Shown: piece by piece, positions 18,247-28,186 of the stretch
Layout: every line of letters starts with the position of its first letter
How positions within the stretch are numbered: position 1 is the stretch's first letter
IMG/VR virus record: IMGVR_UViG_2529292882_000018
Span: 1 to 34,246 of that record
From: a virus
Lineage: Duplodnaviria > Heunggongvirae > Uroviricota > Caudoviricetes
Strand: one strand, 5' to 3'
DNA length: 34,246 bases
Notes under the pieces: model-generated
Told to the model about the DNA's origin: nothing
Database searches by the model: none
The model's input: only the letters and a program-made list of their open reading frames with translations
Program-made: the position numbers and the translations under genes

Positions 18247-18548
18247 TGGCATTTTGGGTAGATGGCGCTTTGGGGAATAGGGCGGGTAAAGCAAATCAAG
18301 GATGGTTTGATATTCCTAACGGGTGGACAGCCGACGCTTTCGGGACTATTTCATTTTCCGCTCATTCTTCCGGTGGTGGCGGTGGTGACTCTGAATTGCT
18401 TATTCATGGTTTGTGTGTTTCTGGAAGTCATAAGGGTCATGATTGGGGACAGATTCATTCTTGTATTGCACCGCAAGGGGCGGTAATTACCGTTAGCACG
18501 AATAGAGGGATTGCTCATCTTCGTTATAGACGCTTGAGCAACCGCTAA
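18246..18548 (+). CDS. small Gly-rich protein, paralog 3 of 3
   Basis: 100 aa, MAFWV...FDIPNGWT; start overlaps previous stop (TAATG); AGGAG RBS. Confidence 0.55.
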   Translation: MAFWVDGALGNRAGKANQGWFDIPNGWTADAFGTISFSAHSSGGGGGDSELLIHGLCVSGSHKGHDWGQIHSCIAPQGAVITVSTNRGIAHLRYRRLSNR

Positions 18549-18602
18549 ATAAATAGAATTACGGGTATGTGCCCTATTGTTTAAAATAGAAGGAAAAGAA
18601 TA

Positions 18603-19073
18603 ATGACTACTAAATTTGATATTTTCTCTGGTGGCCTCGTTGGTCTGTTTCTGCAAGAAGACGTAAACAATAAAGACCTTGATGCTGAAACCTATCTGGA
18701 AATTCCAGAATGTGCGGCTTTCCCGGAAACTGGTGTAGAACGTTCTACGATCGATGTTCCAAACTTCTCTGGTGCTTATAACCGCAAGCTGGTTGGCCGT
18801 ATGTCTGTACCGGATATCGAACTTTCGATCAACTACATGCCGGGTAACGAAGTACACGAAAAACTGATTAAAGCAACCGAAGACGGTAAGCGCGTACAGC
18901 TTAAAATTGCTTACTACATCGATGCTACGAAAAAATCTGGTGTACATATCGCTTATAACGGCTTCCTGTCTAAAACTACCATGACTGGTGGTGAGGATGC
19001 TGTAGTAGGCCGTACCTTCACCTTTGTAGTAGATGGTGCTCCGGTTAAACAAGCTGTTTTCCAGACTCTCTAA
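18603..19073 (+). CDS. major tail tube protein, lambda gpV-like N-domain
   Basis: 156 aa; INYMPGNEVHEKLIKATEDGKRVQLKIAYY resembles the lambda gpV block LAWMPGEQ...EGDTRAYKIRF as recalled; canonical position before the G/T chaperone genes. Confidence 0.7.
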   Translation: MTTKFDIFSGGLVGLFLQEDVNNKDLDAETYLEIPECAAFPETGVERSTIDVPNFSGAYNRKLVGRMSVPDIELSINYMPGNEVHEKLIKATEDGKRVQLKIAYYIDATKKSGVHIAYNGFLSKTTMTGGEDAVVGRTFTFVVDGAPVKQAVFQTL

Positions 19074-19081
19074 TATTATCT

Positions 19082-19107
19082 AGCCATCCTTCGGGGTGGC
19101 TTTTTTG
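19082..19107 (+). terminator. intrinsic terminator after tail tube gene
   Basis: GCCATCC-TTCG-GGGTGGC hairpin followed by TTTTTTG. Confidence 0.7.
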
Positions 19108-19155
19108 TTTCCAATTCTAAATAAACATATCGAATTAACTTAAGAGGAAACAATA

Positions 19156-19464
19156 ATGAATATTAACGAAATGTTAGCCGCACTCTCTCCGAAACGCGAA
19201 TCTTTGACCATCGGTGGATTCACTTTCTATGCTCGCCCTATGTCAGTAAAAGAATTTAACGAACATGTTTTCAATACTGATAAAGAAGACCGTGATGAAC
19301 GCTCTATTCTTCGTTGTATTGAAGATGAAGACGGTAAGCCAGTATTTGAATCTATGGAACAAGTTAAGGCACTGTATACTAACGTTCGAAGTGAATTAAT
19401 CGGTTTGGTTGCTCAAGCATCATTGATGCAAGATCCGGCAGTAATTGAAAACGAGGTAAAGTAA
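19156..19464 (+). CDS. tail assembly chaperone (G-like)
   Basis: 102-aa ORF with AAGAGGA RBS, between tail tube and tape measure. Confidence 0.6.
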   Translation: MNINEMLAALSPKRESLTIGGFTFYARPMSVKEFNEHVFNTDKEDRDERSILRCIEDEDGKPVFESMEQVKALYTNVRSELIGLVAQASLMQDPAVIENEVK

Positions 19465-19493
19465 ACCCGCTTCTGAATTTCTACTTTCGGCAA

Positions 19494-19844
19494 ATGATGA
19501 GATCGGGGCTTAGTAAAGATGAAATGGATAATATGCCAATCACTCTGTTTTGGAAATTATACATTTTCGACACCTACTTAGAACCACAAAGCCCCGCGTT
19601 TCATGATATGCAGAATGCGATGTTGCAATATTCCATGTATATGACTTCGCAAGGAATGACACGCGAAACTGCACGTAAACTCAAGCCTAACCAATTCCAA
19701 TTAATTAGAGAAGAAAAACTCTTTAAAACTAAAGAAGAACTGGAAGAACTTGCACGCAAGAAAGAAGAAGAACGTAAAGCTGCAACATTGAGCATGTTCG
19801 ATCCATCTTTGCTTGAGAAACTCAGAAGCGCACAAACGGGGTAA
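19494..19844 (+). CDS. tail assembly chaperone T-like segment, probably made as a G-T fusion
   Basis: 116-aa ORF lacking a convincing RBS; its frame is open from 19449 and is the -1 frame relative to the upstream ORF. Confidence 0.45.
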   Translation: MMRSGLSKDEMDNMPITLFWKLYIFDTYLEPQSPAFHDMQNAMLQYSMYMTSQGMTRETARKLKPNQFQLIREEKLFKTKEELEELARKKEEERKAATLSMFDPSLLEKLRSAQTG

Positions 19845-19847
19845 TTT

Positions 19848-22277
19848 ATGACAAGACATATAGTAACAATAGAAGGGGATAATAAAGGTCTAAGGAGAAG
19901 TACCAATGAAGCCGCCGACCTTCTCGATCGTTTGTCTGAAAAGGCAAGTAATATTGATTTTGGTGGTGGCTTATCTGGTCTGACTGGATCTCTTCGTGGG
20001 ATCGCTGGCTCTGCTGGTTTGGCTGCTGGTGGTATCGGCTTAGTTGCGACCGCAGTGGTTGCAGCCGCTAAAGCTGGCGCGGAATACGTTAAACAGTATT
20101 CAGAAGTATCTAAGGCGACCGGACTCTCGATTGAATCCCTTCAAAGACTGGAAAAGGAATTTTCTGGTACTGGCTTAACAGTTGAAAAATTTGGCGATAT
20201 CAACAAAGACACCTTAGATAAAATGGGTGATGCGTGGGCTAATGGTGGTGGTATTGCCGATGACTTAGAATCGGTTGGTCTTAAGTTAGAAAACTATGCT
20301 CACTTCATGACAGATCCGCAAGGTGGTATGAAAGCGGCGATCCAAGTGTTCTATGACATGAAGAAAGCCGGAAAATCAATGGCTGAAATCAAGTTCATGA
20401 TGGAATCTTTAGCCAGTGATTCAAGCCATATGACCAGCCAGCTTGAGAAATATAATAGTGCTCAAGAGGCGATGATCGCTATTCAGAATCAATCTGTTAA
20501 CGTCACCGAAGAAAACGCTAAAAAATATGATAAATTTTCTCAAAATATCAATAAGCTGGAAAATAACCTGAAAGGGGTCGGCATGACCATTACTGGTCCG
20601 CTGGTTGATAGTTTAAACTGGTTATTTGACTGGTTTAATATTGATTGGGAAAAGAGTTCTCTATTCAGGGCATTAGATCGACTGAATAAAGAAGGCAAGA
20701 CCGCAACTGGCGGTATTCTTAACGCCAACCATAAAGACGCTCAAAAAATTATTGACAAGTACAATAAAGAAAAGCGTTGGAATAATCTGGCAGATTGGGA
20801 AAAGGCCGCGATCCGTGGTGCTGGTGTCGATCCTCGTACTGCTGGCTTTGATGTAGAAGCATATAAGAAACGTTTTGGTAATTCTTATAAGAAAAATGGC
20901 TCTCTGATTGTAGTCGATAACGGGGAACATCTAACCCGCAAGGCAGATCCTAATACTGATTTAACTCTACCAAATAAACCAGTAAGACCAGAATCATTGG
21001 GTAAGTCTGGTAATGAGAAGAAAGAAGAGGAAAAAGCCAAGAAGAAAGCGGAAGAGAAAGCTAAAAAGGCTAAGGAAGCCGCAGAAAAAGCACAGAAAGA
21101 ACGTGAGGATGCAATCAAGCGTCTGAATGCACTTGATGTTAAATTGCAAGGGCAGGTCGCCGCGTCTATTGCTTCTCAAAACAAGCAATTAGAATCCAGT
21201 TTGAAAGATTTGGACACTGCTTTAGATCTGGGCTTAATCTCTCAGCAAGACGCAGCCGCGAAACGCCAATCCTTAATCGATCAGAATACTGAAAACGTAT
21301 ACAAAATGGTTTTAGGTGCTGATCCGGTTGATGCTTTGAATGCCTTAACACAATTGCAACAAATCAGGGACAACGAGTTAGAAAGCCATAAACGGTTACT
21401 TGATGGTAAGGCTATCTCCTACGAAGAATATATGCGTCGTGTGAATGATACCGAACAAAGTTATTCGCAGATTGAAGATTCTTTGCATGGAATGGATGGT
21501 TTTAAAACCAATCAGTTGACCAATAGCTTAGACTATCAGGATTCAAATAACCCGTTTGCTAAATTTAATGCAATCGATAAAGAGAAATCGGAAGCGGAAC
21601 AAGATTATAAGACCGATAAACTCAAGATTGATGGGATCACCGATCCGGCTAAACGGATGGAAGCATTAGAAAAACTCAATGAAAACCATCAAAAACGAAT
21701 GGCTGCAATTGAAAAGAAATATGCTGATGCTCGCCAGTCAATAGCCGATGATATGTACGGCGGTTTTGCTGCTGCAATGACTCTCTTCGGGCAGGAAAAC
21801 ACTAAAGCTATGCAGATGGCTTTCAATGCTCATAAAGCATTCTCCATTGGACAAGCGACGGTGAACATGTGGACGGCTGCTACCGATGCATGGAACGATC
21901 CGACCAACGTAACCACAGGTCAAAAAATCGCTGCTGCTGCATTGGCTGTTTCTCAGAACATGGGGAACATCGCAAACATCAAGTCTACTAACGTTAGCGG
22001 TATGGCTCATGATGGTATTGATAACATCCCTCGTGAGGGTACATGGTTGCTTGATAAGGGTGAACGAGTAGTTGATCAGCGTACTAACGGTGATTTGAAA
22101 GACTTCTTATCTGCTCAAAAATCAGGTGGTGGTAACTCTCAGCCGATTGAAGTTAATGCGCCTTTGAACATTAACGGCAACGTTAATAGCTCAGACAAGA
22201 TGGTCATGGATGCTATCAAACGTCACGCTAAGTTAGTTGCTCAGGCGGTAGAAGACGCACAGCGCCGTAAGATGTAA
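19848..22277 (+). CDS. tail tape measure protein
   Basis: 809 aa, Gly/Ala-rich N-terminal region, long helical K/E/Q-rich middle, position after G/T pair. Confidence 0.85.
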   Translation: MTRHIVTIEGDNKGLRRSTNEAADLLDRLSEKASNIDFGGGLSGLTGSLRGIAGSAGLAAGGIGLVATAVVAAAKAGAEYVKQYSEVSKATGLSIESLQRLEKEFSGTGLTVEKFGDINKDTLDKMGDAWANGGGIADDLESVGLKLENYAHFMTDPQGGMKAAIQVFYDMKKAGKSMAEIKFMMESLASDSSHMTSQLEKYNSAQEAMIAIQNQSVNVTEENAKKYDKFSQNINKLENNLKGVGMTITGPLVDSLNWLFDWFNIDWEKSSLFRALDRLNKEGKTATGGILNANHKDAQKIIDKYNKEKRWNNLADWEKAAIRGAGVDPRTAGFDVEAYKKRFGNSYKKNGSLIVVDNGEHLTRKADPNTDLTLPNKPVRPESLGKSGNEKKEEEKAKKKAEEKAKKAKEAAEKAQKEREDAIKRLNALDVKLQGQVAASIASQNKQLESSLKDLDTALDLGLISQQDAAAKRQSLIDQNTENVYKMVLGADPVDALNALTQLQQIRDNELESHKRLLDGKAISYEEYMRRVNDTEQSYSQIEDSLHGMDGFKTNQLTNSLDYQDSNNPFAKFNAIDKEKSEAEQDYKTDKLKIDGITDPAKRMEALEKLNENHQKRMAAIEKKYADARQSIADDMYGGFAAAMTLFGQENTKAMQMAFNAHKAFSIGQATVNMWTAATDAWNDPTNVTTGQKIAAAALAVSQNMGNIANIKSTNVSGMAHDGIDNIPREGTWLLDKGERVVDQRTNGDLKDFLSAQKSGGGNSQPIEVNAPLNINGNVNSSDKMVMDAIKRHAKLVAQAVEDAQRRKM

Positions 22278-22282
22278 TTAAA

Positions 22283-22327
22283 AGCCCTCATAGTGATAAA
22301 TAATCATAAAACTATGGGGGCTTTTTC
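22283..22327 (+). terminator. stem-loop with T-run after tape measure gene
   Basis: AGCCCTCATAG ... CTATGGGGGCT imperfect inverted repeat followed by TTTTT. Confidence 0.45.
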
Positions 22328-22328
22328 T

Positions 22329-22889
22329 ATGTTCAAATCCAAAAATATTAAAATCACAGATTTTACTCTTAAATCAAAACAACCTTTCTTCAAGGCGCAA
22401 TCTATTTCTGGTAAATTTCAACGTCGCTTTACTGGCATTCATTTTTATGAAGCAGAATTTACAGCTAATTTCATGGCTCAGGATATTAACGAAGTAAAAG
22501 AATTTGTAGCACGTCACCTTTTTGGTCGTCCTTTCAGTGTGCCCCTGTCTTACTTTTCAAAATATACAGGTGATGTACGCCAGATGGTTACGGCTGCTGC
22601 TGGTACTGCTCGCGGTGGGCGTAAGGTGAGAATCTCCAACTTCACCGGAACACTGAAAGCGGGAACTATCATCCAGTTTGAGAACCACAAGAAAATCTAC
22701 ACGATCACCGAAGATGTGAAATCAGGTGGTGAAATGAAACTCTTCCCTAACTTGCGTCAGAACGTCCTGGCGGGTGAGGTGATCAAGTATCAGAACGTAG
22801 AAGGCGAATTTGTTCTCAAAACTGAAAACATCGATTGGAAGATCGCCCAGATTGGCAAGATGAAATTCGAATTAGTGGAGAATGTATAA
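22329..22889 (+). CDS. minor/distal tail protein (gpM-position)
   Basis: Track ORF starts at GTG 22293 within the hairpin loop; ATG at 22329 follows a GGGGG tract; 186 aa. Confidence 0.5.
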   Translation: MFKSKNIKITDFTLKSKQPFFKAQSISGKFQRRFTGIHFYEAEFTANFMAQDINEVKEFVARHLFGRPFSVPLSYFSKYTGDVRQMVTAAAGTARGGRKVRISNFTGTLKAGTIIQFENHKKIYTITEDVKSGGEMKLFPNLRQNVLAGEVIKYQNVEGEFVLKTENIDWKIAQIGKMKFELVENV

Positions 22890-23542
22890 TGGCAACTATT
22901 CAAGAATCATTCAGCAAACTATGCACTAATCTTGACTTCATCGAGGTCTACAACGACCAGACAGGTCAGAACGTGTCTAGATTGACGCTACCGCAGCTTT
23001 TCTCCACTGGATCGATGTTTCACATTATCGAAGTGATAACAGCGTCAGGGGACGTTCTACGGCTTACAGATGGGTATTTCGATTTGGACTATAACGGATT
23101 TACGTATCTCGCAACGGGTGATTTTCTTAAAATCTCATCGAATACCGAAGAGAAGGAGATCAACAACAACGGGATCAACGTAACTGTTTCTAACGTTCGC
23201 GAAGAATACATTACCCTGATTCGAAACAAGCAATTCGATAAATCTGATGTGAAAATCGAGATGGTTTTCCTTAACCCCAACACGGGCAAGGTTGAAACCA
23301 CTTACCCGGTTTTCCGTGGGGTAGTCGATTCCATCGGTATTAACATCGAACATGAAGATGATGAGTGTAAAAACGAATCAGAATTTCAGCTTAATAGTAT
23401 CTGGGAAGTTCTAGATAAAAACGCTCGTAGTCATGCCTCCGATGGTATCCACCGATCCTATGTTGGAAACGAGAACGATCTATTCTTCTCCCGTGCCGGG
23501 AAGTGGAATAGCGAAAGCAAGTGGCATTCATCGAAGAAATAA
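22889..23542 (+). CDS. minor tail protein, gpL-like
   Basis: Track ORF starts 22835; ATG 22889 overlaps upstream stop (TAATG) with GGAGA RBS; about 217 aa, close to lambda gpL size. Confidence 0.6.
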   Translation: MATIQESFSKLCTNLDFIEVYNDQTGQNVSRLTLPQLFSTGSMFHIIEVITASGDVLRLTDGYFDLDYNGFTYLATGDFLKISSNTEEKEINNNGINVTVSNVREEYITLIRNKQFDKSDVKIEMVFLNPNTGKVETTYPVFRGVVDSIGINIEHEDDECKNESEFQLNSIWEVLDKNARSHASDGIHRSYVGNENDLFFSRAGKWNSESKWHSSKK

Positions 23543-23588
23543 TCCCTTCTCCCTAAGCCTAGTAAATAACAGCATGGAGGTATTCAAC

Positions 23589-24008
23589 ATGCTAAAAACT
23601 AGGCTTATCACCGATTATATCAATTCTTTAATAGGTCAGGAGTTCGTTCAAGGCGAGAATGATTGCAATCTCATTGCATGTAAGATCATCGATATTCTCG
23701 CTGGTACTGACCTATATAATTCTCTTTATAAAAAATATTCAACTAAAGAAGAAGGCTTGAAAATCTGCAAAGAATTAAGCGGGTATTCAAATATCCTTCA
23801 ACCAATTAAGAAACATTTCAAATTAGTCACTGATGACTTACAGGACGGCGACTTACTGGTCACAGCCCACAAATTAGGGAACCGCAAATATTATTCCGTA
23901 GTTCCTCATTATTCCGGTTATGGCCTCGTTGAAGAAGATGGTATCTGGATGACCATTCCTGTTTCAGACATTGACTATGAACAAGTTTATAGATTCGGGG
24001 GTGAATAA
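23589..24008 (+). CDS. tail assembly protein, gpK-like with Cys/His (NlpC/P60-like) residues
   Basis: Track ORF starts 23433 overlapping upstream gene; ATG 23589 with GGAGG RBS; GENDCNLIACKI Cys block and downstream His. Confidence 0.5.
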   Translation: MLKTRLITDYINSLIGQEFVQGENDCNLIACKIIDILAGTDLYNSLYKKYSTKEEGLKICKELSGYSNILQPIKKHFKLVTDDLQDGDLLVTAHKLGNRKYYSVVPHYSGYGLVEEDGIWMTIPVSDIDYEQVYRFGGE

Positions 24009-27000
24009 TGGGATTTGAAGTATTGGTAGGCGCGGTTATTGCTGGTGCGTCTGCTGGGATGGCGGCAGCCGCAACATTTTCTGTTATGACCGCAGTCGCT
24101 ATCGGTATGGCTGCTGGTGCAATGACCTTGATCGCTTCCACTGTAGGCGCACCAAAAACACCGAAAGTACAAAGCCCAGATAATGCGGTGACACTAGGAA
24201 CATCAAACGATCCTAAGACAGTATTACCCGTTCTTTTCGGTACTACCCGAACTGGTGCAATCTGCGTTTACAAAGCAATTTCACAGCGTGAAAATAACAA
24301 ACTGGTACAAATTTTTGCTATTGCCGAAGGTGAGATCGATCACTTTAAAGCACTGCACATCGATAATAAAAATGTTCTCATTAGTCAGAATATGACAATT
24401 CGTGATGGCATTCTCGATAAAGGAAACATTAAAGACGAATATCGCAAAGTGTTAGAAGTCGAGTTTCGCACGGGTAAAAATCCTAACACTGCATTAGATC
24501 TTGCTAAACATCATTTGGGCGCTGATTGGGATGATCGGTATCAGGGTAACGGCATTGCGACCATGTGTATTGTTTTACGTCGTGATGACAAATCTTTGGC
24601 TGCTGGTGTTGATATTCTCCAGCCTAATAGCCAGGTAGCGGTCGATGTTATGGGCTTAAAAATCCGTAACCTCGAAACCAATGCTATTGAGGCTAGCACT
24701 AACGGCGTGGACCAGATTTTCCACTACCTAACAAATGAAAAATATGGATTATCCGTACCGATTGAAAACATTAACGTTGATTCATTCCTGAAAGTACGTA
24801 AGCAAGTACGCCAGATGGATTTGCATTCAAACGGTGCATGTGATCCGAACGCCAGCTTTAAAGAGAACTTGACTAGCCTTATGCAGACTTTCGGCGGGGT
24901 AATGTTCGAATCCTTTGGACGTATTACTCTGAAACTGGATGCTCCTGATATTGTTAAGCATACCTTCAATGAAGACAATATCATGATGGGAAAAGTATCA
25001 CTGAAAACAGGTGGCACTAACGGTTATTTCAATACCATTAACGCGATGTATCAAGAACCATCAATTGACTATTCCGAGCAAATGCTACGTTATCCGGCTG
25101 ATGCTGAAAACGATGCTACTATTCGTCAAGATGGTCGAATTATCGCTAAAGATATTGAATATCGTTTTGTTAAGTCTAAAGCCCAGATTGATAAACTCGC
25201 GAGCATTGAGCGAAATAAATCTCGTATCACTCAGGTTATCAGCTTTATGACTACTGACGCATTCACTGCCGAAGTTTGGGACGTTATCAGCGTAACCTAT
25301 GATGAATTGAAACTGAATAATTCACTTTGGCGCATTACTGCAATTGATCGTTCTATTGATTCTGGTATTGCTGGGATGATGACTATCACCGCTACAGAAT
25401 ATAATTCTCAGGTTTATACTGACCTGAACTATGCGGCGACTCCAGACAATAGACCTACTGGTTTACCGGATTCAATGACAGTACAGAAACCGACTAATTT
25501 CAGAATTAAGGCAACTGGTGAGACAATCCACGGTAAAAACGTAACTTTGACATGGGACGCACCGGAAGATTTTAACCGCTACGGTTTCCAGATTGATTAT
25601 CGTGTGAGTGGATCACCTAACTGGATTAAGCTGGGACAGACTTCACAGCAAATTTTCAATATCAATGCACTGGCAAAAGATCGCTCCTACGATTACCGCG
25701 TTTGTGCTTTCGGTATTATTGCTCGTTCCGAATGGGTGGAACTGGTTAACCAGAATCCAGAAGTTACCTATGAACTGCCTACGCCAGTGATCCGCATCAA
25801 AAATCAGGGTAGCTCACCTGGTACTTTCGAAGGCAATGATCTGATTATCGAATGGGAAAATCAGCAAGCCTTAGATGTGGTTATCAACGGTGAAGCTAAC
25901 AAGTTTAGTGACCTGTTTGAAGCATACATTATCAAGGTAACTAACAAGGCTGGTAAGTCTATTCAGTACCGTACCCGCGATCCTGAATCATGGACCTATA
26001 CGCTTGATATGAACCAGTTTAACGGCCTTTCCCGTGAATTGACGGTAGAAGTATCAGTCAAGGGCTATAACAACTCAGAGAGCGCCCCAGCGCGTTTAGT
26101 GGCTATTAACCCACAGCATAAGCCAATGAAAGGTTTTAGTGCGCGTGGTGGCTTTAATACTGCGTTTGTTAGCTGGGCGGATGACGTAGAACATGACTAT
26201 GCAGGGTCAATCATCCAGTATGCAACCGATAACACTTTCTCAGATGCAAGGGCAGTAAGCACGAATAGTGTTAGCCATACTTCCTTTGATTTGGCTGACG
26301 GTGATTATTATATCCGTGGTGCTCACTATGATATTTTCGGTATGGATGATGCTGTTTGGTCTGAACCGTATTTCATGCAAATGAAATCTACCATTAGTTG
26401 GGACGATCAGGACAAAGAAGCACTGGAAGACCTGATTGGTTTACAAGACCGCTTAGATGAAACTATCGCGGATGCTATTGCTCAAGCTGGCGCTAATGCC
26501 GATGCTAAAATTGATGCAATGCATAAGCAAATCACTACCGAAACAGGGCAGACGGTCCAAGCCTCAGCCAATACCTTAAAGAGTCTGATTGCTACCAGCG
26601 AGCAAGCTAGCTCCACTAAGATTGATCAGGTTAAAGCTGAACTGAAAGGCGATATCACCAAAGAAGTTAGCGCATCCGCTACTACCCTGAAACAAGCAAT
26701 TGCTACCAGTGAGGCAGCAAGCGCAAGTAAGATTGATCAAGTTCGGGTAGAAATGGATGGCAAGATTGCTGGTGTGAATCAGGAAGCAGATGTAAAAATC
26801 GATGCTTTGAAGGGAACCATTAACAGCAAATATAATCTGGCAGTTAATGCAGATGGTCGCGTGGCTGGTATTCATATGAGCGCAACCAACGATCCGGCAG
26901 AACCGACGAGAATCATCTTTACGGCTGATAAAATCGCGGTAGCTCCACAAGACGGATCAGAAGTTTGTCCGTTTGGCATCGAAGATAACAAAGTTTATCT

Positions 27001-27784
27001 CGATAATGCGATGATTCGTAATGCTGCAATTGGCACAGCCCAGATTAGTGATGCTAGTATCACCACGGCTAAGATCGGCACAGCCCAGATTAACGGCGCT
27101 CACATCCAACACGCACAGATCGGAACAGGTCATATCATTGATGGCTCTATCGATAATGCTAAAATTGGTAACTATATCCAGTCTTATAACTGGAATGGTA
27201 ACGATGGATGGTATATCGGCAAAGATGGCACTTGTCATTTTAGACACGCTAATATTCGTGGTCATTTGGTGGCTGATTCCGGAGAAATGAACAACGTAAC
27301 GATTAATTCAAGTTGCCGCATTTTGGGTATGCTTGATGCTAATCAGGTGCGTGGTGACTTCGTGAAAGCTATTGGTCGTCGATTCCCACATTGGGACGAA
27401 AACCCATCATTGGGCTATCCCGGTTATCCGCAAGGTACAATCACTGTTCGAATTGAAGATGATCACCCGTTTGATCGTCAGATTATCGTTCCGGCTATTA
27501 GCTTTGGTGGTCTTAATGCGCGTGAAGGCTCGAATAACAATACTTACTATGATAACTGTCGCTTGATTGTTCGCAAGAACGGTGCTGAATTATATAACCG
27601 TGCATATGGTAGACAGACTGGATTGTATAGTGCTGTTATTGATATGCCAGCCGGACACGGACCAGTTACGCTAACTTTTGAAGTAAGTTCAAGCGCAATC
27701 AACAACTGGACTCCCAGCACATGGATCAGCGATCTTTCTGTAATTGTTACTAAGAAAGCCGCTACGGGTATTTCTGTTTCTTAA
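24008..27784 (+). CDS. central tail fibre / host specificity protein, lambda J-like
   Basis: 1258 aa; C-terminal blocks DDHPFDRQIIVP, DMPAGHGPVTLTF and TKKAATGISV resemble the lambda J C-terminus as recalled; hydrophobic Gly/Ala-rich N-terminal 45 aa. Confidence 0.85.
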   Translation: MGFEVLVGAVIAGASAGMAAAATFSVMTAVAIGMAAGAMTLIASTVGAPKTPKVQSPDNAVTLGTSNDPKTVLPVLFGTTRTGAICVYKAISQRENNKLVQIFAIAEGEIDHFKALHIDNKNVLISQNMTIRDGILDKGNIKDEYRKVLEVEFRTGKNPNTALDLAKHHLGADWDDRYQGNGIATMCIVLRRDDKSLAAGVDILQPNSQVAVDVMGLKIRNLETNAIEASTNGVDQIFHYLTNEKYGLSVPIENINVDSFLKVRKQVRQMDLHSNGACDPNASFKENLTSLMQTFGGVMFESFGRITLKLDAPDIVKHTFNEDNIMMGKVSLKTGGTNGYFNTINAMYQEPSIDYSEQMLRYPADAENDATIRQDGRIIAKDIEYRFVKSKAQIDKLASIERNKSRITQVISFMTTDAFTAEVWDVISVTYDELKLNNSLWRITAIDRSIDSGIAGMMTITATEYNSQVYTDLNYAATPDNRPTGLPDSMTVQKPTNFRIKATGETIHGKNVTLTWDAPEDFNRYGFQIDYRVSGSPNWIKLGQTSQQIFNINALAKDRSYDYRVCAFGIIARSEWVELVNQNPEVTYELPTPVIRIKNQGSSPGTFEGNDLIIEWENQQALDVVINGEANKFSDLFEAYIIKVTNKAGKSIQYRTRDPESWTYTLDMNQFNGLSRELTVEVSVKGYNNSESAPARLVAINPQHKPMKGFSARGGFNTAFVSWADDVEHDYAGSIIQYATDNTFSDARAVSTNSVSHTSFDLADGDYYIRGAHYDIFGMDDAVWSEPYFMQMKSTISWDDQDKEALEDLIGLQDRLDETIADAIAQAGANADAKIDAMHKQITTETGQTVQASANTLKSLIATSEQASSTKIDQVKAELKGDITKEVSASATTLKQAIATSEAASASKIDQVRVEMDGKIAGVNQEADVKIDALKGTINSKYNLAVNADGRVAGIHMSATNDPAEPTRIIFTADKIAVAPQDGSEVCPFGIEDNKVYLDNAMIRNAAIGTAQISDASITTAKIGTAQINGAHIQHAQIGTGHIIDGSIDNAKIGNYIQSYNWNGNDGWYIGKDGTCHFRHANIRGHLVADSGEMNNVTINSSCRILGMLDANQVRGDFVKAIGRRFPHWDENPSLGYPGYPQGTITVRIEDDHPFDRQIIVPAISFGGLNAREGSNNNTYYDNCRLIVRKNGAELYNRAYGRQTGLYSAVIDMPAGHGPVTLTFEVSSSAINNWTPSTWISDLSVIVTKKAATGISVS

Positions 27785-27802
27785 AATTTAATTTTTATAA
27801 TT

Positions 27803-27843
27803 AATCCCGCTTAATTCTTTGTGGTTAGGCGGGATTATTTTTA
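27803..27843 (+). terminator. stem-loop with T-rich tract after J-like gene
   Basis: AATCCCGC ... GCGGGATT inverted repeat followed by ATTTTTAT. Confidence 0.55.
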
Positions 27844-27889
27844 TCTAAATAATTTTGCCATTAAACTATATAAAAATATCGGGGGCGTA

Positions 27890-28168
27890 ATGACTGAAAT
27901 TATATATGGCGGTATCGGTGTTATCGCCTTAATTTGTGGTGGATTATGGAGACTTCACCGAAATCAATTAGCCACAGAAAATAGATTGTCGAAATTAGAA
28001 TCCAGCGACGCATTGTTAAACCAGAAGTTTGAGACGATGCAGAATAACCATACTCAGATCGCCGAGAGAGTTTATCGCATGGAACAAACCCTTCACGGTA
28101 TAGAAAAGAAAGTGGTTGCGATGGACGCTAAATTTGACCAAGTTCTCGACATACTCAAACAAAAATAA
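27890..28168 (+). CDS. membrane-anchored coiled-coil protein (lysis-associated candidate)
   Basis: Track ORF starts at GTG 27821 inside the terminator; ATG 27890 with GGGGG RBS gives MTEIIYGGIGVIALICGGLW (TM segment) followed by a helical region. Confidence 0.45.
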   Translation: MTEIIYGGIGVIALICGGLWRLHRNQLATENRLSKLESSDALLNQKFETMQNNHTQIAERVYRMEQTLHGIEKKVVAMDAKFDQVLDILKQK

Positions 28169-28186
28169 TAATAAAGGGGTGAATAT

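Noticed and set aside
18262-19052. ORFs 18262-18486 (+) and 18351-19052 (-) overlapping the third paralog and tail tube gene
   Set aside because: Alternative-frame or antisense ORFs within well-supported genes.
20540-22010. Several minus-strand ORFs inside the tape measure gene
   Set aside because: Antisense of a long, well-supported coding region; low-complexity translations.
24724-27566. Short ORFs on both strands inside the J-like gene
   Set aside because: Embedded in a gene whose C-terminus matches lambda J; no independent support.
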